A DNA stretch of 800 nt from Escherichia coli (GTDB lineage: Bacteria > Pseudomonadota > Gammaproteobacteria > Enterobacterales > Enterobacteriaceae). The notes below the pieces were generated by a model. That model worked only from the letters and a program-made list of their open reading frames with translations, had not been told where the DNA came from and did not search any database. Shown piece by piece: positions 1 to 800 of this stretch. The DNA is taken from NCBI RefSeq assembly GCF_003334255.1, contig NZ_QOWU01000186.1, one strand, 5' to 3'. A program made the translations under genes and the position numbers. Every line of letters begins with the position of its first letter. Within the stretch, counting starts at the first letter, position 1.

Positions 1-800
1 CAGGTCTCGCCCAGCGTGGTGTTCACAAAGGTTTTCAGGCCGTTGGGATCTTTCAGTGCATCCAGCCAGTCATAGACAATCTGTACCCAGGTGGTGAACG
101 GACTGTACGCCGTCCAGATATGGAATGTGATGGAGCGCGGCGGCGGAATTTCATTATCCGCGGCGCTGAAAAACGTCAGACCGTCGCGGGTCCACATCCC
201 CGTGTTTTCACAGATCCACCGCCCGTTGCTCTGGTCCAGTTCAGACTGATGGATCACGCAGCCATGATGTTCACAGAGGTAGAAAACACTTTCGGGACTG
301 TCCTTCTCCCATTTAAGGCCAAAAGGCGTGGACTCATCGCCAAATTTCAGATACTGCTCCTCCCCACAGTGCGGGCAGGGCACATAAAAACGCATGAAAT
401 GTGCCGACTCGTTGGCCGCTTTTTCGATCTGGCAGGAGCCTTTTATTTTTGGCGTCGAGCCGCGAATGGATTTTGGCCATACCGAGCCCTCAATACGCTT
501 ATCCCCCAGCAGGGTTGGCGAGCCCTCTTTTTCGACATCCGGCTCGAATGAGGAAAGTTCGTCATAGCAGACCACATCCACTGATTTTTCACGGTAGTTT
601 TTGGCGGCAGCGCCGCCCAGGCACCAGAAGCCCACACCCGATGAAAAGCGTTTCAGCGTGATGGTATTATCACGATGTTTACGTCCCAGCCAGGGAGAAA
701 GTTTTTTCAGGCAGGGAACATCGCGAATCGTCGCCTCCACGTGAGACTTCATAAAATCTTCAGCGGCAGAATCCGTGGGCTGAAAAAGCAGACTGTTTCG
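1..800 (-). CDS. A: Phage terminase large subunit, lambda gpA family (DNA-packaging ATPase region); internal fragment, 5' and 3' ends both outside the window
   Basis: Seen in sequence: the minus-strand frame with codons at plus coordinates 798-800 down to 3-5 has no stop codon across 266 codons, while the other two minus frames have 16 and 10 stops. From memory: the translation aligns with lambda gpA over blocks such as FMKxHVExTIRD, HRDNTxTxKRF, GFWCLGG, AKNYREKSVDV, YDEL, EGSPTxLGDKRIEGSVWPKSIRGSTPK, HFMRF, CPHCGEEQYLKFGD, TPFGLKW, VFYLCEH, TFHIWTAYSPFTTWVQIV and KTFVNTTLGET. The start codon lies beyond position 800 and the stop beyond position 1. Confidence 0.95.
258..377 (-). other. Cys4 cluster C-x2-C-x30-C-x4-C (CPHC ... 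CEHHGC), candidate zinc-ribbon-like metal site inside the terminase
   Basis: Read directly from the translation: Cys codons at 375-377 and 366-368 (CPHC) and at 273-275 and 258-260 (CEHHGC), with His at 369-371, 267-269 and 264-266. The equivalent lambda segment as I recall it is CPHC ... CEHNAC, so the four cysteines appear conserved. Metal binding is inferred, not shown. Confidence 0.5.
453..461 (-). other. Candidate ATPase coupling motif (C-motif) G-S-T
   Basis: Minus-strand codons 459-461, 456-458 and 453-455 encode G-S-T inside the block EGSVWPKSIRGSTPK, which matches lambda gpA by recollection. Terminase large subunits carry a short Ser/Thr-rich coupling motif downstream of Walker B; the assignment is by position and family knowledge only. 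Confidence 0.4.
558..581 (-). other. Walker B-like motif with adjacent catalytic glutamate of the packaging ATPase (VDVVCYDE)
   Basis: Minus-strand codons 579-581 through 558-560 translate to V-D-V-V-C-Y-D-E, a hydrophobic stretch ending in Asp-Glu. By recollection it corresponds to the lambda gpA Walker B region (VDVAGYDE, catalytic Glu about residue 179). The motif is read directly; the functional assignment is from recalled literature. Confidence 0.6.

Noticed and set aside
138-146. Triplet repeat (CGG)3
   Set aside because: It simply encodes the Pro-Pro-Pro in IPPPRS on the minus strand. Too short to be a meaningful repeat.
120-551. Plus-strand ORF of 143 aa (MECDGARRRNF...) from the ORF track
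   Set aside because: It lies entirely antisense to the stop-free, homology-supported terminase frame. Its translation is low-complexity and Arg/Ala/Gly-rich, typical of the reverse strand of a GC-rich gene, with no recognisable motif. Most likely a spurious antisense ORF.
603-617. Perfect GC-rich inverted repeat GGCGGC-AGC-GCCGCC (6-bp stem, 3-nt loop)
   Set aside because: It sits inside the coding frame and encodes the Gly/Ala run in GGAAK. A single 6-bp palindrome in 800 bp of GC-rich coding DNA is expected by chance, and there is no adjacent U-tract or gene boundary to suggest a terminator or regulatory hairpin.
443-637. Minus-strand ORF of 64 aa (MWASGAWAALPPK...) from the ORF track
   Set aside because: It is on the correct strand but in the wrong frame, ending at a stop at 443-445, while the neighbouring frame is open across the whole window and matches gpA. 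An out-of-frame overlap, not a gene.
401-661. Plus-strand ORF of 86 aa (MPTRWPLFRSGR...) from the ORF track
   Set aside because: Antisense to the terminase gene, overlaps the other plus-strand ORF in a different frame, and has Arg/Pro/Ser-rich composition with no recognisable domain. Treated as an artefact.
750-752. ATG (minus strand) starting MKSHVEAT as a possible start codon
   Set aside because: The frame stays open upstream of it (codons 753-800 encode RNSLLFQPTDSAAEDF), and that upstream segment also matches lambda gpA. This is an internal methionine; the true start is beyond position 800.
1-800. Search for a novel defence, anti-defence or other undescribed system, as the prompt suggested
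   Set aside because: Every base in the window is accounted for by one conserved phage packaging gene. There is no intergenic space, no repeat array, no second credible ORF and no compositional break. Claiming a new system here would be unsupported.

Overview
The whole window is an internal fragment of one minus-strand gene: a lambda-type phage terminase large subunit (gpA family), partial at both ends. The supplied ORF track misses it because it has no start or stop inside the window, but the minus-strand frame with codons at 798-800 down to 3-5 is open for all 266 codons, while the other two minus frames carry 16 and 10 stops. Its translation (RNSLLFQPTDSAAEDFMKSHVEATIRDVPCLKKLSPWLGRKHRDNTITLKRFSSGVGFWCLGGAAKNYREKSVDVVCYDELSSFEPDVEKEGSPTLLGDKRIEGSVWPKSIRGSTPKIKGSCQIEKAANESAHFMRFYVPCPHCGEEQYLKFGDESTPFGLKWEKDSPESVFYLCEHHGCVIHQSELDQSNGRWICENTGMWTRDGLTFFSAADNEIPPPRSITFHIWTAYSPFTTWVQIVYDWLDALKDPNGLKTFVNTTLGET) matches, block for block, the ATPase region of lambda gpA as I recall it. 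The three ORFs in the track are antisense or out-of-frame artefacts. I see no evidence of a novel or undescribed system in this window; it is an ordinary, well-known packaging gene, most likely from a lambdoid phage or prophage of an enterobacterial host. All homology statements rest on recalled sequence, not a database search.
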